Positions 28,095-41,101 of a stretch of 64,000 nucleotides of DNA are shown in pieces. Position numbers and translations under genes: made by a program. The stretch comes from Utricularia gibba (lineage: Eukaryota > Plantae > Magnoliophyta). The DNA lies in the NCBI GenBank assembly GCA_002189035.1, contig NEEC01000002.1:2914001-2978000 (forward strand), read 5' to 3'. The first letter of the stretch is position 1, and every line of letters starts with the position of its first letter. The notes beneath the pieces were generated by a model. The model was not told the origin of the DNA and ran no database searches. It worked only from the letters and a program-made list of their open reading frames with translations.

Positions 28095-28939
28095 TTACTT
28101 TTGATATGATATTATTATTATAATTGATTACATTCAAAAATTGATTTTTTGTATTTGATTATTAAAGTAATCGAATATGAATTTTGTTTGTATTTGTTTG
28201 TTTATATTATTCAAATGAAAATAAGCGATTTTAATCGAATGTAATATAATTTGAGTAAGAATTGTTTGTTCGTTATAACATTCATAAATGATAATCATGT
28301 AATTGGTGTGCTGTTCAACTTTGAAAAGTTGTTGATGAGAACTCTTCTTCAATCTTGTATCTCAACCATAACATGTAAGATCGAAGTATTCGATAAAATT
28401 TTATTGAGTTTTGTAGGAATTCTAGTAGTTTTTTAGAATAGAATAGAAAAAATAAAATAAAATAAAATAATCTCTTATCTTGTATAATTTTTAAGAAAAA
28501 AATTAAATCTAGTAATTTTTTAAAATAAATCTTTTTATATTTATTTTGATAAAGGATGAATTTTCTTAGAATTGAGTGTAGATATATATATATACATCGT
28601 AAATGTTTTGAAGGAAAGTATATATATATATATATATATATACTTGATATTTTGATTTTATATTTTTATTGATACAAAAATTAAAATTAATTTAAATTAA
28701 TTGAACATATTGTATAAATTTATTAATATAATGATAATGAATATTATCAATAAAAATAACAATATAATAAACTATATATTATAACATTGTATATGAAATT
28801 TATATATAATAATATAGTATATAATGTATTATGAAAAAATATGTGATTATAAATTAGATTACATTATTTTTGCTGTTATAATATATATTATACAAAGTTT
28901 GATTTATAACATTTAGATATAATATTTATGATAATTAGA

Positions 28940-29190
28940 TATTATTATTGTGTGGTTATAAGATATTATTATTATGTGTTTATAAATTAGTATATGTAAA
29001 TATTATCATTGTGTGACCATAAATTATTGTATGTATATATTCTTATTGTATGGTTATAAGTTAATATATATAAATATTATCATTGTCACTATAAATTAAT
29101 ATATGTAAATATTATGGTTATGTGGTTGTGGATCAGTATATTTAGATATTATAATTATGTGGTTATAAATTAGCATATATAAATATTTAA
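28940..29190. repeat. Degenerate AT-rich tandem repeat (~35-40 bp units)
   Basis: A recurring unit like ATAAATTAGTATATGTAAATATTATCATTGTG(TGG/ACC) occurs about 4-6 times. Confidence 0.5.
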
Positions 29191-29269
29191 ATCATACTAT
29201 AAAAGGATGGTGTATTAAAGTTATTATAACAAGCATTTTAATCAAATTTCCAATGTCGAACTTTCCAAG

Positions 29270-31830
29270 CTCGGATAACAACCCTTACGAGTCCAATCTG
29301 TAAAATTCTCCATATAGGTATAACCCACAAAATGTTCTATATGAGTTCAACCCACAACATTCAGAATATGAGAGTGTCTCATTTTATCGAGGTGAGTTTT
29401 TTTTAGCTAAATGCAAATACATGATTATTATCGATTTGTGTAATTTAAAAAAATACGGATTCGGAAATGCTAGATCTTTAAAATATTGATTGGTTTGGCA
29501 TAGAGGAAGAGTATTCAATACACAACTATGGAACTTCACAATTTTACGACTACTCAGCCGGTATTGATTACAATGAGATGAGAAATTATCAAACTAGAGA
29601 AAAAGAAATTAGAGTGGAATTCGGTTCAGATTCAGGTAAATAATAATTATATTTTATTATTTTTGAAATCTAACAAATTTTTTTTTTCAGATGATCCGGA
29701 TGTCGATACATTTGTAAACTTTGATCCAAATTATGATTCTAATGAGGGTAATGAAGAAGAATGAGATCTAGATTACGTTCACATTTTGAGGAAGATGAAG
29801 ATGATTTTTCAGAATTGGATGAAATTGAATGCCAATTGTAGAGGTCATTTTTTCGAAAATAAAGAGGCCTATCGTAGCGTAGTGCTAGAGTATTCGATCA
29901 AAATTGATGAAGAGTTCTATGTTAATGATTCAAAACTTAATGTTTTGGATTTACGTTGCAAACAACGCAGAGAACAAGGATGCCGCTGGAGGATTCGTGG
30001 TGCCTATTATAAAAAGCATGGGCAATGGAAAGTTAATATAGTGGAATTACCTCACACTTGTAGTCGGGTTGGTCCAAAATATTTTGATAATCGAAATATT
30101 GAAGTCAGGTATATCGCCAACATAGCGAGACCGTTCATAGAAAGAGATATTGGCACTAAATTAAACATAATTGTAACTGCAGTCAACGAGATAACAAATT
30201 ATATAATTTTATATCATAGAGCCTAATATGGTTTGAGACGAGCCTTCACTGATGTGTTCGGTAATTGGGAGAGTTATGTGCCAAAACTTCCCTCTTTCTT
30301 GCAAGAGGTTACACTTCAAAATCCCGGCACGATAGTCCAATGGAAGCATCGCAAGGGAAATGTGTTACACTATGCATTTTTGGCATTTGGACCTTGTATT
30401 CAAGTACAAAAATGGTGTCGACCGGTGATGTCAGTTGATGCAACTCATTTATAAGTGCATTACCATCACAAGATGCTGATTGCGGTCACTCTTGATGCAT
30501 CTTACAAATGTGTTCCTTTTGCATTTGCTATTGTGGATAATGAAGCAAATAACTCATGGATGTGGTTTCTCCAACTACTCGACAGGTACGTTGTTTAGAA
30601 TAGACTAATGTGCCTAATCTCTTATAGGTGTAACTCCATCAGAAAGGCGGCGGAACAAGTTCATGCCTTCAGGCCTGCAAATGGTGGATGTCATAAATGG
30701 TGTATTCAATACCTAAGGGCGAATGTTACAGATAAATTCAAACATCCAAAATTAAGAGACACATTCACAAAGGCTGTAAATACAACATCGGTGGAGAAAT
30801 TCAAATTCTATATGGATCAAATCCGAGATTTTCACATCGGTGTTTGGCATTATTTATCTCAGTTCCCTCCAGAATCATGGACGTTGTCACATGATGGAGG
30901 AAAAAAGTAAGATACTCTAACTATTCTTTATTTCCATTAAAAAACTTAACATTCTTAACCATACTTAGATTTGGAATCATGACTACGAATCAAGTCGAAG
31001 GTATGAATGACGTACTATGTGGGGCACGACATCTTCCAATAACCGCATTGGCACAAGTATTAGTAACTATATGTTTGATATAATCTTGTACTCCTATCCC
31101 TAATGTTTTTCCTATGAATGTAGATAACATTCATAAGGTGCAAGAATTATTTCACAAACCGATTATCTAAGGCCTTACAATAACATCATCAAAGACTGCA
31201 ATTCACCAAAAATCCATCCAAGTTGTATAAACATTGGAATCAAGCAATACCACATGCATGTGTGGAGATATATGACCAAGCAAATATGGTTGTTCATGTG
31301 ATAACTCTGCGTAAACCAGGACAAGAGAAAAAGATTTTTTTAGTATGAGTAAAGGATGATACATACACATGTAGAAAGTGACAAAATTTCGGAGTTTCAT
31401 GTTCACATGCCCAACGAGCTTGCAAGATATTAGAAGTTGACTCACAAGGCTTCATCAGTCCTCTATTTTCACTTGAAAGACATTAATGCGTATCAGACAC
31501 AATTTCAATCGTTGCGGACAGAATTTCAATGGCACCACCACCATTCGAGCTTGTGCATGATGCATTCCGGAAAAAAACCAACCAAGTCAGGTGGAAAAAG
31601 AACTACTCGATTCTCAATGATAATGGATATGGGACAAAGAAGACGAAGTTTGCAAAATAATCAAGGAGTTGCATCGCATGTGCAAGACATACCATCAAGT
31701 CCACCTATCAGGTATCGAGCATCAATCGACGTTCCCTCTCGACCTAATATCGAAAACTATTTTCAACCACCTCGATCATCTATTCAGATGCCACCTGAAG
31801 TTTAGAGTTATCAATCAAATGACGTCAGAG
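29270..31830 (+). mobile_element. Mutator-like (MuDR/MULE) transposase remnant
   Basis: MuDR domain: F.NKEAYRSVV.EYSIK...C.W.IRG...HTC. MULE DDE region: RPVMSVDATHL...AVTLDA...PFAFAIVDNEANNSW.WFL...HKWCIQYL.ANV. SWIM finger: YTC.K.Q.FG..CSHA at ~31365-31420. Multiple stops; TIRs were not identified. Confidence 0.88.
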
Positions 31831-33062
31831 CATCTCGTCAATCCACAGGTCGTCGTGATTCAATGCTTAATAATTTGTTTAATATTTTTTGTTGAAAGAA
31901 ATAAAACTTATTGTATTACTGAAATTGTTGTAACTTTTTTTTGATAAATTTCGAAAAACTAAATATTTTATTAATAAGGTTGATGAAGGTTAATTAATTA
32001 AATAGCTTTATGTAAAAAATTATTGATATATAGTTTTATTTGATATAAAAATAATTTTGTACAAATACATATATCAATTTTTATTGTGTTAATTATTTTA
32101 TACAAATAAATGATGTATAATATATATTTAAAATAAAAAAATACATTCAAAATATTCCAAATAATTATATGATGTAGAAGATAAATTTAAAATAAAAAAA
32201 TGCATTAAATCAAAATAAGAATTAAGAATCAAATGCATAATAGAAATTTGAAATAAAAATAACATTCGATTTAAATAACATATAAAGATTCAGTATATAA
32301 TATAAATTTAAAAGAAAAATAATATACAATCTATTCAGAAAAAATCAGTTTTTCATTTTTCTTTTGAGATCATATTATTTTTTTCGATTTTCAATTAATA
32401 TATCTATTTTATTCATTTATATATATATTTTATAAATATAATTTTGTTAAATATTATAAATCATTATTTTTATATTGATTAAGAATTAAAAACAATAATT
32501 TTCGTTATTGAAATGAATAAAAGATAAAAAAAATAAAGATGGTTAGTTTTTTCACACCCAAACACACAGTTATTATATTTCTAAATTTGGTTTTTGACAG
32601 TATATATTTGTAAACGACCCCACTGGTCATGTGCGACGTGTTGGCTCCTCAGTAGGCCACGTGATGGCTACGGGTTAGCAATGTGTTGGTGACGCAGTGG
32701 GGTGCAAATGGGTGTAAATTGTGTAGCATACATATTGTAAAAAAAAAAAAGAATATTTATATTAAAGACTAATTTTTCCAAAACGCAAAACATGAGAAAC
32801 TTATAATATCAACTTGATTTGGGGATCAAATATATCAAATATGGAAATAAATGAGTTAATCGTGTCAAAATTTTAAGTAGTAAAAACTAACTATTCTTAT
32901 TGTTTAAGTATTAGGAACTACAAGTGTTTTATAATATAAAACTTTGGAAACTAGTTTCACTAGGTACATTTACAATTTTCCTAGTTTAAAATCATACATT
33001 AATTAGTAACGTAAAGAATCATTTGAAATTTTTATATAATTTAATATTAAGCATAAAACGCA

Positions 33063-36000
33063 TCACATGTAGTCCATATCCTGCTCCTCCTGTTCAAGAA
33101 CAATGGTGGCAACAGCGAGCTGGTACGCAGTGGATCTTAGATTCCGAACTAGAACGAACACCTCCTTCCTCCGCCGTCTCCACCGTCCACCAGCCGATGA
33201 ACTCCATTGTTCCCTCCGTATCTTCGATAGAAGCTTCATCTCGCAAAGGGCAATGGCCATCGCTTTCTTGCTGCATTTTAGAAGAGAAGAGCAACAGAAT
33301 GGTAAACAGCCCCATTTGATTCATACCAAGAGAGGTCTGCAAGACTTGCCTTCCATGGATGGATCCCGAGGTAATGAACCCGATGGGCCAACGGTGGGAT
33401 GTGACACCAGCAGGATCATCGGGGACACGAAATGTCCATTCCCCCGATTCTAGCTTCATGAAGTATGAGGAGACTGAAGCTTGGAGCGGTTGAACGTCTA
33501 GAGCTTCAGTGTCTGATCTGCATTATTGATTAATAGGGTATGAGGAAGATGAGTATGGAAAGCAGGGGGATATTTGGTGACCAGAAGAGAACCTTTTTGT
33601 CCACAGCGATATGTCAGAAACTTGAGGTGCGCAGATAACTGCTCCTTGTTCAAAAGAGCCGCCTGCTTTGTGAGCATGCAAGATCACACGAAGATAGTGG
33701 CAGTGAACATGACTTTGTGGCCCAGGTGTAACTGTTGGTTGTGATAACTGTTTATTCTTCATCGCATCAGACACGCTGCTGCTCTTTGGATCCTGAAGCT
33801 TCGGAAACAGGAGCAAATGATCTCCAAAAGGATCACTTTTGGGGAGAACAGAAGATGTCCTCCCAACAATACCCTCAAACAGGGGGATGTCTTTTTGAGT
33901 ATCGGAAAATGTTGGGTTCTTGGTGTCTTCCATTGTTGCCTCGATTCCAATCCTGGTTGACATTACTTCAAAACTGTGCCGCACACAGTGCCAAGGAGGT
34001 GGAACCGGAACCTCTGGTTGCCTCTTCGAAGTAGGAATGAGCCTTGCCTTTTGACACAAGGCTGCTGCCTCCTTTTCCATGAGATTTGAGTATGCAGAAC
34101 AGTCAGGAAAGTCCCAAGGGAAGAACGGCAATCCAAGCTGAAATAAGCAGATGTATATGCATAAACACCTCGATGATCAATTTTTTACAAGTGGTTGAAT
34201 CAAAGTTTTTGCGACTACCTCAGTAGCAACCCAGTGCTTTTCTCTTAAACCTATGGGATGTGCACCACCAGAGATGAACGCATTCCAGAATGTTTTAACC
34301 CAGGCCACAGGCAGAATAAGAGAACACCTGAGCTTTTTAAAATGGAAAAATTAAAACTGATTCACAGCTCAGTTGTAACATGATCTAAAAGAGAACGAGG
34401 TGACATGATCAGGGCATAATTTTTCACAAGACATACAAATAATAAAATCAACCAGCATTTACCTTGACACAGATTCTTTATGGTAAGCATTTACCAAAAG
34501 AAAAACAGGGCAAACGCCAGAGAAATCTGCAGAATCAGTTTTTAGCCCCGAACTGCCATTGACCAAATAAATATGCTCCTTGCGTCGACTATGTTTTTCC
34601 AATGAAAGTATGAAATCTTCCTTGGGAGAACATAATAACCCTTTGCTAACATCCCACAAATCTATGTCCTCAAATGCAGTTACAGCCTTATCCCCAAGCA
34701 CTGATGCAGTTGTTGCCTTTTCGATGCTTAATTCACCAAAAGGTTTTTCTTCAGAGGTAGTTACTCCCTCATCCTTGTTCAATGTACGAGGATCCCTGAC
34801 AATCAAGGGAATGATCGAAGAAGCAGAAATTTGACTTGCTGATGGCTCATCTGTGTGAACATCAAGTGAACACTTCTTCAGATACCAGGAGTTTACGCTA
34901 CAGAATAGACATAAGGCATGAATGAGCCATCAAACCAGTACTGCATGATTATATACAACCACATGGTTTGTGCTCTTTCTTACCAGCCAGCACGCACCAG
35001 CATCTTCTGTAGCAATGGGAATATTTTGGATCCTACAAATTCCAGCTTGCCAAGCTGTCCTTCTAGAGAAACACAACGAATTGGACAAGGCTCGCCTGGC
35101 TGAAAAACACAGTTACTCACATATTTGTCAACTCCTCATAGTTTTAATAATAGATATTTACCAGTCTTTTAGACGCAGACAGAAAAGCATCATATGCTTC
35201 TTCAAAAGCAGAGGCGTGTATCCAAACCCAAACTTGACGAGCAGCACCCTCAACATTGCATGATCCTACATCAGGTGCCCTGCTGCTTTGCATATTTGAA
35301 TCAGTTGTAACCTCCCGACCTGGTCGCCACATGATCGACACAGGACATATGGGAAGATGATAAGGCTTTTCGACATCATAGAGCTGCATAACACAAGAAC
35401 TAAAATAAATTGTCTAACAACACATTCATATAAACATGGGAAAGTGGCTCAAATAACCATGTAAGTTCCAAAGGCTGCACCAGATAGTACTTCATGCGAC
35501 ATCTCCTCACAAAATGTTGATGGAGAAAACAACAAGGAACTCAAAAGTGTGATCAGGATGTCCTACAAGAGCACAAAACAAGGTTGCAGTCACTTAAAAA
35601 ACAAGATGTGTGCAAGAAGAAAACTTTTTAAACCGAGAAACAAAAGAAGAAACCCTAGTCATGAAAAAAAGACATTGATGTTTCAGAGAAACAAGAGCTC
35701 AACACATAATATTAGGGAGCATCTACCTCTGGTCCTTCCAACTGAACACAACTGCAAAAACTCATGTCATGTAGAAGCGCAGATTTCTTTAACTTCTTCA
35801 GAATATCCCTTGAGCCTCTACCTCTGAATGCACAAATAACCTCTGATGTAAACCTCAAATAAGGTGGTAACAAACTCCAATAACCAAATATTGTTCAGAA
35901 AGATAATCACCTTCCATGAAGACCAAGCGGAATGTAAAATCCCCACAGCTTCTTCATAATGAAGCGTTTTGCATGCCACAAATGAGTTCTCAGTCTCTTG

Positions 36001-36347
36001 GTCCCGTCCCCTGAAGTTGCAAACCCACTTTGAGAATTCTTCTTAAATTCGATCCTCCTCCGAATCCGACGAGGCAAAATCTTTTCACTCTTTCCTTCAG
36101 AATCACAACTTTGGGATTTGCCTTCGCCAAGATTTCTTCTCTTTAGGAAGTTCTTTCCAGCTCGATGATCGTGTCCAGTGGTTCGCCTCCGCTTGTTCCT
36201 TTGGACCCGAAAGTTGTTACTTAGACGACTAGCAACAATGGACTGTAGAGACACCAATTCAGGAGCTCTGGCTTCTATGAATTTCGACACATTAAGTTCA
36301 CGCGGAGGAGCCGCGCTGACGTCAACAGTAACCCCGTTCGGATTCAT
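33063..36347 (-). CDS. POP1: Ribonuclease P/MRP subunit POP1 (multi-exon)
   Basis: N-terminus: PPRELNVSKFIEARAPEL, QRNKRRRT, KRLRTHLWHAKRF.MKKLWGF..PLGLHGR. POPLD region: LILPLSWVKTFWNAFISGGAHPIGLREKHWVATE..LPFFPWDFPDC.AY. C-terminus: RWPIGFITSG and VLVRNLRSTAYQLA. Confidence 0.92.
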
Positions 36348-36588
36348 GTATACACGATGGGGCGATTTCTTGCAAGCGTCTGAAAATTCACAACAAATTT
36401 CAGCAAACACGATAAAGCAGATATGAAGATTATGCGGCAATGTGAGCGGCAGTACGTTAGCATGGGATGAAGGACCTGGAGAAAATCACCGTCACGATCT
36501 TTCAATCCCAAGGAATCTAACCAATGTAAAATTAGGTCAACTTCGGGAGTCCGTAGCAACACGACGTTCCGGCAGCGTCTAATTGTAA

Positions 36589-36817
36589 GGGCCCGGACCG
36601 AGAGCGGGCGGCGGACCGGGTTCTCATGGGAGAGTCATTACACCCGTTGTCGGAAGCGTGTTGGGCCGGAAGGAGTTAATGGGTCAAGACCCACAACGAT
36701 GGGAGGAAGAGCTTAATGGACCAAGTGGGTTGGAAGGAGTGTCGCGGTGGCGGGCTGACGGAACCCGCGAGGTACCCCTGGAAGGTTAGCACCGGCTATA
36801 GTCCCCCCGTTTTGTAT
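36589..36817. other. GC-rich 229-bp insertion flanked by a 9-bp direct repeat (TAATTGTAA)
   Basis: TAATTGTAA occurs at 36580-36588 and 36818-36826. GC content jumps abruptly against the AT-rich right flank. No terminal inverted repeat was seen. Confidence 0.45.
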
Positions 36818-39807
36818 TAATTGTAACAATGATCTCTAAAAATATATTATTCATTCCTATTATTTAAAAACCAAATAAAATTGATCTCACTTTTTAAAAT
36901 CGAAGCAAACTCGATCCTTACAATTTATACGATCGTCGTTTTTAATCCCCCAAAAAATAGTTGACTATTTTTAAAAATAATATTACATAAATAATCTCCA
37001 CTATTTAAAAAATAGAAAAATCGATCCTCAACAATTTAATATTATAACACAATTGGTCAGCATCAAAAAAGTCTATAAATACCTATTACTTTTTTTTTCT
37101 TTGTCAATTAACTACACTTATCTTGGGTCCAGTGGAAACCGACCCATGAACAAATGGAATTGCCAACACATTTGGATGCTCGATTGACTGCACATTGGGA
37201 AGCTTGTTTACCTACATATTCAGGATGCTCAGTTACATCTGTGCCATCCACATAATTCTTCCAAAATAAATAATACTCGAGACCTTTGTGCTTTTATGTA
37301 TCACATCGAAAATTGATTTTATAAAATTTTCTTAATCCAGATGATATTGACTCATGCACCATGAAGGATTCTTTAATAATTAAGTTTGAATTTCAAGATA
37401 GTGAATATTTAAGTGGTGATAAACAGCACAACACCATATCATGAAATAGTGGAATATATGGTGGATCAACCAATAAAAGTATTATTATTTGTTCAAAGGT
37501 TTCACCTGATTGAAAATTTTTTTTATAAAGAGACATTGCAGTTTACAAAACATTAATTAGTATGGAGTTATTGACTTTTGTCACTTCATCATATATATTT
37601 TATATTAATAATATATATATATATATATATTTGGAAAATGTTAAATTTATAAATAAGGTCCAAATTAAGAAGGCCATGGAATTGATAAAAGTTTTTGCTT
37701 TAAGGTAATGAGAAATGACACTTATTGCTTGTAAATGAGAATGAATAGTAATGATATAAAATATGATTAGTGTGTCAATGTTTTAAAGAGAAACAATAAT
37801 ATTGCTTGTAATATCAAAAACATTGTGCTATGCTCATAGACAATATTGTGACTAGTGGGAACTTATTAATGTAACCCTCTAATTTAAATAGATTAACAAC
37901 CCATCAAAACAAGGTGATTTTGATGCTTAGAAAGAAATCCATACAACTCTACTCTTAAGAGAATAAATCTCATGCAACTAGACTATTAAAAAAATGGAAA
38001 TTAGGAGGTACACTTCAAAAAGAAGAGAAATTGGAAGTGATAATATTTAAACATCACAAATTCAAAAGCTTGATAAATCAAAAGTGATCAAACAATCAAA
38101 AGAGGAGAAATTCCATATAAGATTCATGAAAATGAACTAAAGATTCTTCAAATAATACATTTCTAGGATATTTATACTTTAGAGTTGAGCTCTAATATTA
38201 TAAAGCTCAAATTAAATTAAAAAAAGGCTATCAAATCCAATAGCAAACATCAATGATGATGACATGTTTTGGGCTTTAAGATAGATTGAATTTGAAATAA
38301 TTGAGCTCTTTTGGTTGAAAAAATTTAAACCCCACTTCTAACCTAATATGGTTGAGTAGATTCTTGAGTGTAGTTTCAATCTTCTTACTCTTAATCTTTG
38401 TGATTAATCCAAGTGAAATGATTTTGTTATTTAAAATATCTACTTGTGCCACATCCTCAATATTCTTTAAATGCTCATCATTATTTTGCTGGGGTTCTTT
38501 ATCCCCCTCTTCTTTAGAAAGATTCATCCGTAAATCTACATCGATTTCGAAAAGGGATAAATCAACAACATTGAAAGTTAAATGAACAAAATAATCACCT
38601 GGTATCATTCACACGTTCAACAAATTGGAAAGGTTCATTTCCACAAGGATGAAGTTTTGACTTCCTCTTGATGGGAAACCTCTACTTCTTGAGATGAAGC
38701 CAAACTCAATCTCTAGGTTCAAACACAATTTTGCATCTACCCTTGTTTGATGTTGATGCATACTTTGCATTGCTGGACTCAATCTAATGTTTCACCTTCT
38801 CATACATTCTTTAGATTGCTTCAGCCCTTTTTGTGCCATCTAAACTAACTTTTTCATCACAAGACAAAGATAACATATTCAAAAGTGTAATCAAAAGTGT
38901 AAGAGGATTGAAGCCATAAACAACTTGGAATAAAGATAACCTAGTAGTGTGCACCATTCGATTGTAAGCAAATTCAACAAGTGGCAAACATTTCTCCTAA
39001 GTTTTAAGATTAGATTTAATCCAAGTAAGGTAGAAAGTGTGCGATTTGTTACCTTAGTTTGCACATTAGTTTGAGGATAACAAGTTGTTGAGTATAAGAA
39101 CTTATTGCCAAGTTTACACCAAAGGACTCTTTAAAAATGATTGAGCAATCTTGCATCGTGATCAAAGATGATTGTGAGTGGCATTTTATGAAGTCTAACA
39201 ACTTCTTTAAAGAAGAGATCAACCACATGAGATGCATTATTGGTTTTGTGACAATAAATAAAGTGTGCTATATTTGAAAATCTATCTACAACAACAAAAA
39301 TCGAATATTTACCTATTTGGATATGAGGTAAACCTAAAACAAAGTTGATAGAAATGTCCACTCAAGTTTGGGAACGAGTAAGAAGTGGAGTATACAAAGA
39401 TGAAGGGCAATTGTGGATTTAGCCTTCTTATAAGAAATACATTTATCACAAACTCTTTCAACGTCACTTCTCATGTGTGGTCAAAAATAATGTTGAGAAA
39501 GAGTATCAATAGTCTTTTTGTCACCAAAATATCTCATTAATATACTACCATTAGCTTCCCTAACAATCAAATCACGTATGAAATAAGAAGGAATGCACAA
39601 CCCATGTTTTCTATAAAGAAAGCCATATTTCCTAAAGAATAATCTATATGAAACAAGTTCACATGACATATTAATGCCCCCAAAATTATGTTCATAAGCA
39701 TATAAATCAATAATGGAGACAAATCATAGAATTCTAACATTAATCATCACATGCTCTTTACTTTTTTTTTATATTTAATCACATATGGAAATGTGTCAAT
39801 GAATTCC

Positions 39808-40196
39808 CATAACGACCCACTCACACCTAACACGATATTGTCTGCTTCGGGTACCCAACCCTCATGGTTTTACGTTTTCCCCACATTCCGTCCGACTTCC
39901 CAAAGGGTCATCCATCTGCACATTACCCCTGGGCAAGCATGCTTAACTCTGGAGTTCTTGTGAAGGATCCTCCAGTGTGCTAGGGAAAAAGCCTTGTGCT
40001 AGATTTATATAGTTATTCCTTCTTAATCTCATCCTCTCCCTCGTCTATGATCGATTTGGGATTCACCTAAGGCCCTTCCTTTTGACCCTTCCGTGGGGCG
40101 GGACGTCACATCCCCCCCCCCTCCCTTGGAAACTCAGCGTCCTCAATGAGGTTTGCCCCACCACCGATCACGCGTCTGAGTTTGGCTTTGATACCA
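39808..40196 (-). mobile_element. Cassandra-type TRIM: PBS, short internal domain, PPT and 3' LTR carrying a 5S rRNA-derived segment; cognate 5' LTR absent
   Basis: PBS TGGTATCAAAGCC at 40196-40184. Internal GGTGGGGCAAACCTCATTGAGGACGCTG. G-rich PPT at 40127-40111. LTR TGTGACG... runs 40110 to ~39808, with the 5S-like core at 39970-39894 and the Cassandra-like GCAGACAATATCGTG motif. Confidence 0.85.
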
Positions 40197-40199
40197 ATT

Positions 40200-41101
40200 T
40201 GTTATGAGCCTCTCGTTAGAGGATGAGATGATTTATTATAAAGAAAGACTACTGATACCACATACTACCTCGTTACCGACTCAGATCATAAGTGCAGTTC
40301 ATAATGCTTACCATGAGGGATATGCTAAGACCATTCATATAGTCATGTCCAAATTTTTCTGCCTGAAATGAAGGCCCAAATTCAAGAATTTATCAAACAA
40401 TGTGTTGTTTGCCAAAAGAACAAGATGGAGCAATTGAGGCCTACGGAATGCTGCAGCCTCTCCCTATTCCACATGCCATTTGGGCAGTATTTCCATGGAT
40501 TTTGTGGAAAGTTTACCCCCTTCTAATTTTAAACAGGTGATTATGGTTGTGGTGGATCGATTGTCTAAATATGCACATTTTATAGCTCTATCTCACCTCT
40601 TTACTATTGCTTTGGTTGCTAAACATTTTTTTGATGAGATCTTTAAGCTGCATGGGTCGCCTAAAACTATTGTAAGTGATAGGGATCGCATTTTCATTGG
40701 ACATTTTTGGAAGGAGTTGTTGGGATTACTAGGCACACGGTTATGTTACTCTACAATGTACCACCCGCAAATGGACGGCCAAACTGAAATCGTCAACAAG
40801 GTGTTGAAAACTTATCTTCGCTACTTCACAAGTGAGAAATTGAATCAATGGACAGCTTGGTTGCCATGGGCAGAATACTCCTATAACACGAGTTCCCACA
40901 GTAACCTGGTTGCCATGGGTAAAATATCTCAATTGAATTTATGTGTAGAGACAGCTTTTGGTAATTAATTTGACTTTTTCACATCTTACAAGATAGGGAA
41001 CGAGAAGAAGGCTGCGTTCAAGCCTCTGATCGCAGAAGATTTCGCTTGCAATTGTCTGGTGACGAGAGCTCAAGGAGTAGCAACGTCGGAGGCTCGTAAC
41101 A
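40200..41101 (+). mobile_element. Internally deleted Ty3/gypsy (Reina-like) fragment: integrase core bounded by LTR-terminus-like inverted ends
   Basis: The integrase reads SMDFVESLP..VVVDRLSKYAHFIAL..HGSPKTIVSDRD..YHPQMDGQTEIVNK. The ends TGTTATGAGCCTC (40200) and GAGGCTCGTAACA (41101) form a 12/13 inverted repeat. Confidence 0.75.

Noticed and set aside
32560-32740. GC-richer patch as a possible Mutator TIR for the 29-32 kb element
   Set aside because: No matching inverted copy or 9-bp TSD was found on the left side.
37130-37265. Moderate-GC exon-like island between POP1 and the CRM LTR
   Set aside because: It is too short, no recognisable protein motif appears in any frame, and no partner exons were found.
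39894-39970. 5S rRNA gene call
   Set aside because: Only the internal ~75-nt core is present, with no 5S 5'/3' ends or terminator, and it is embedded in an LTR next to a PPT and PBS. It is Cassandra-derived.
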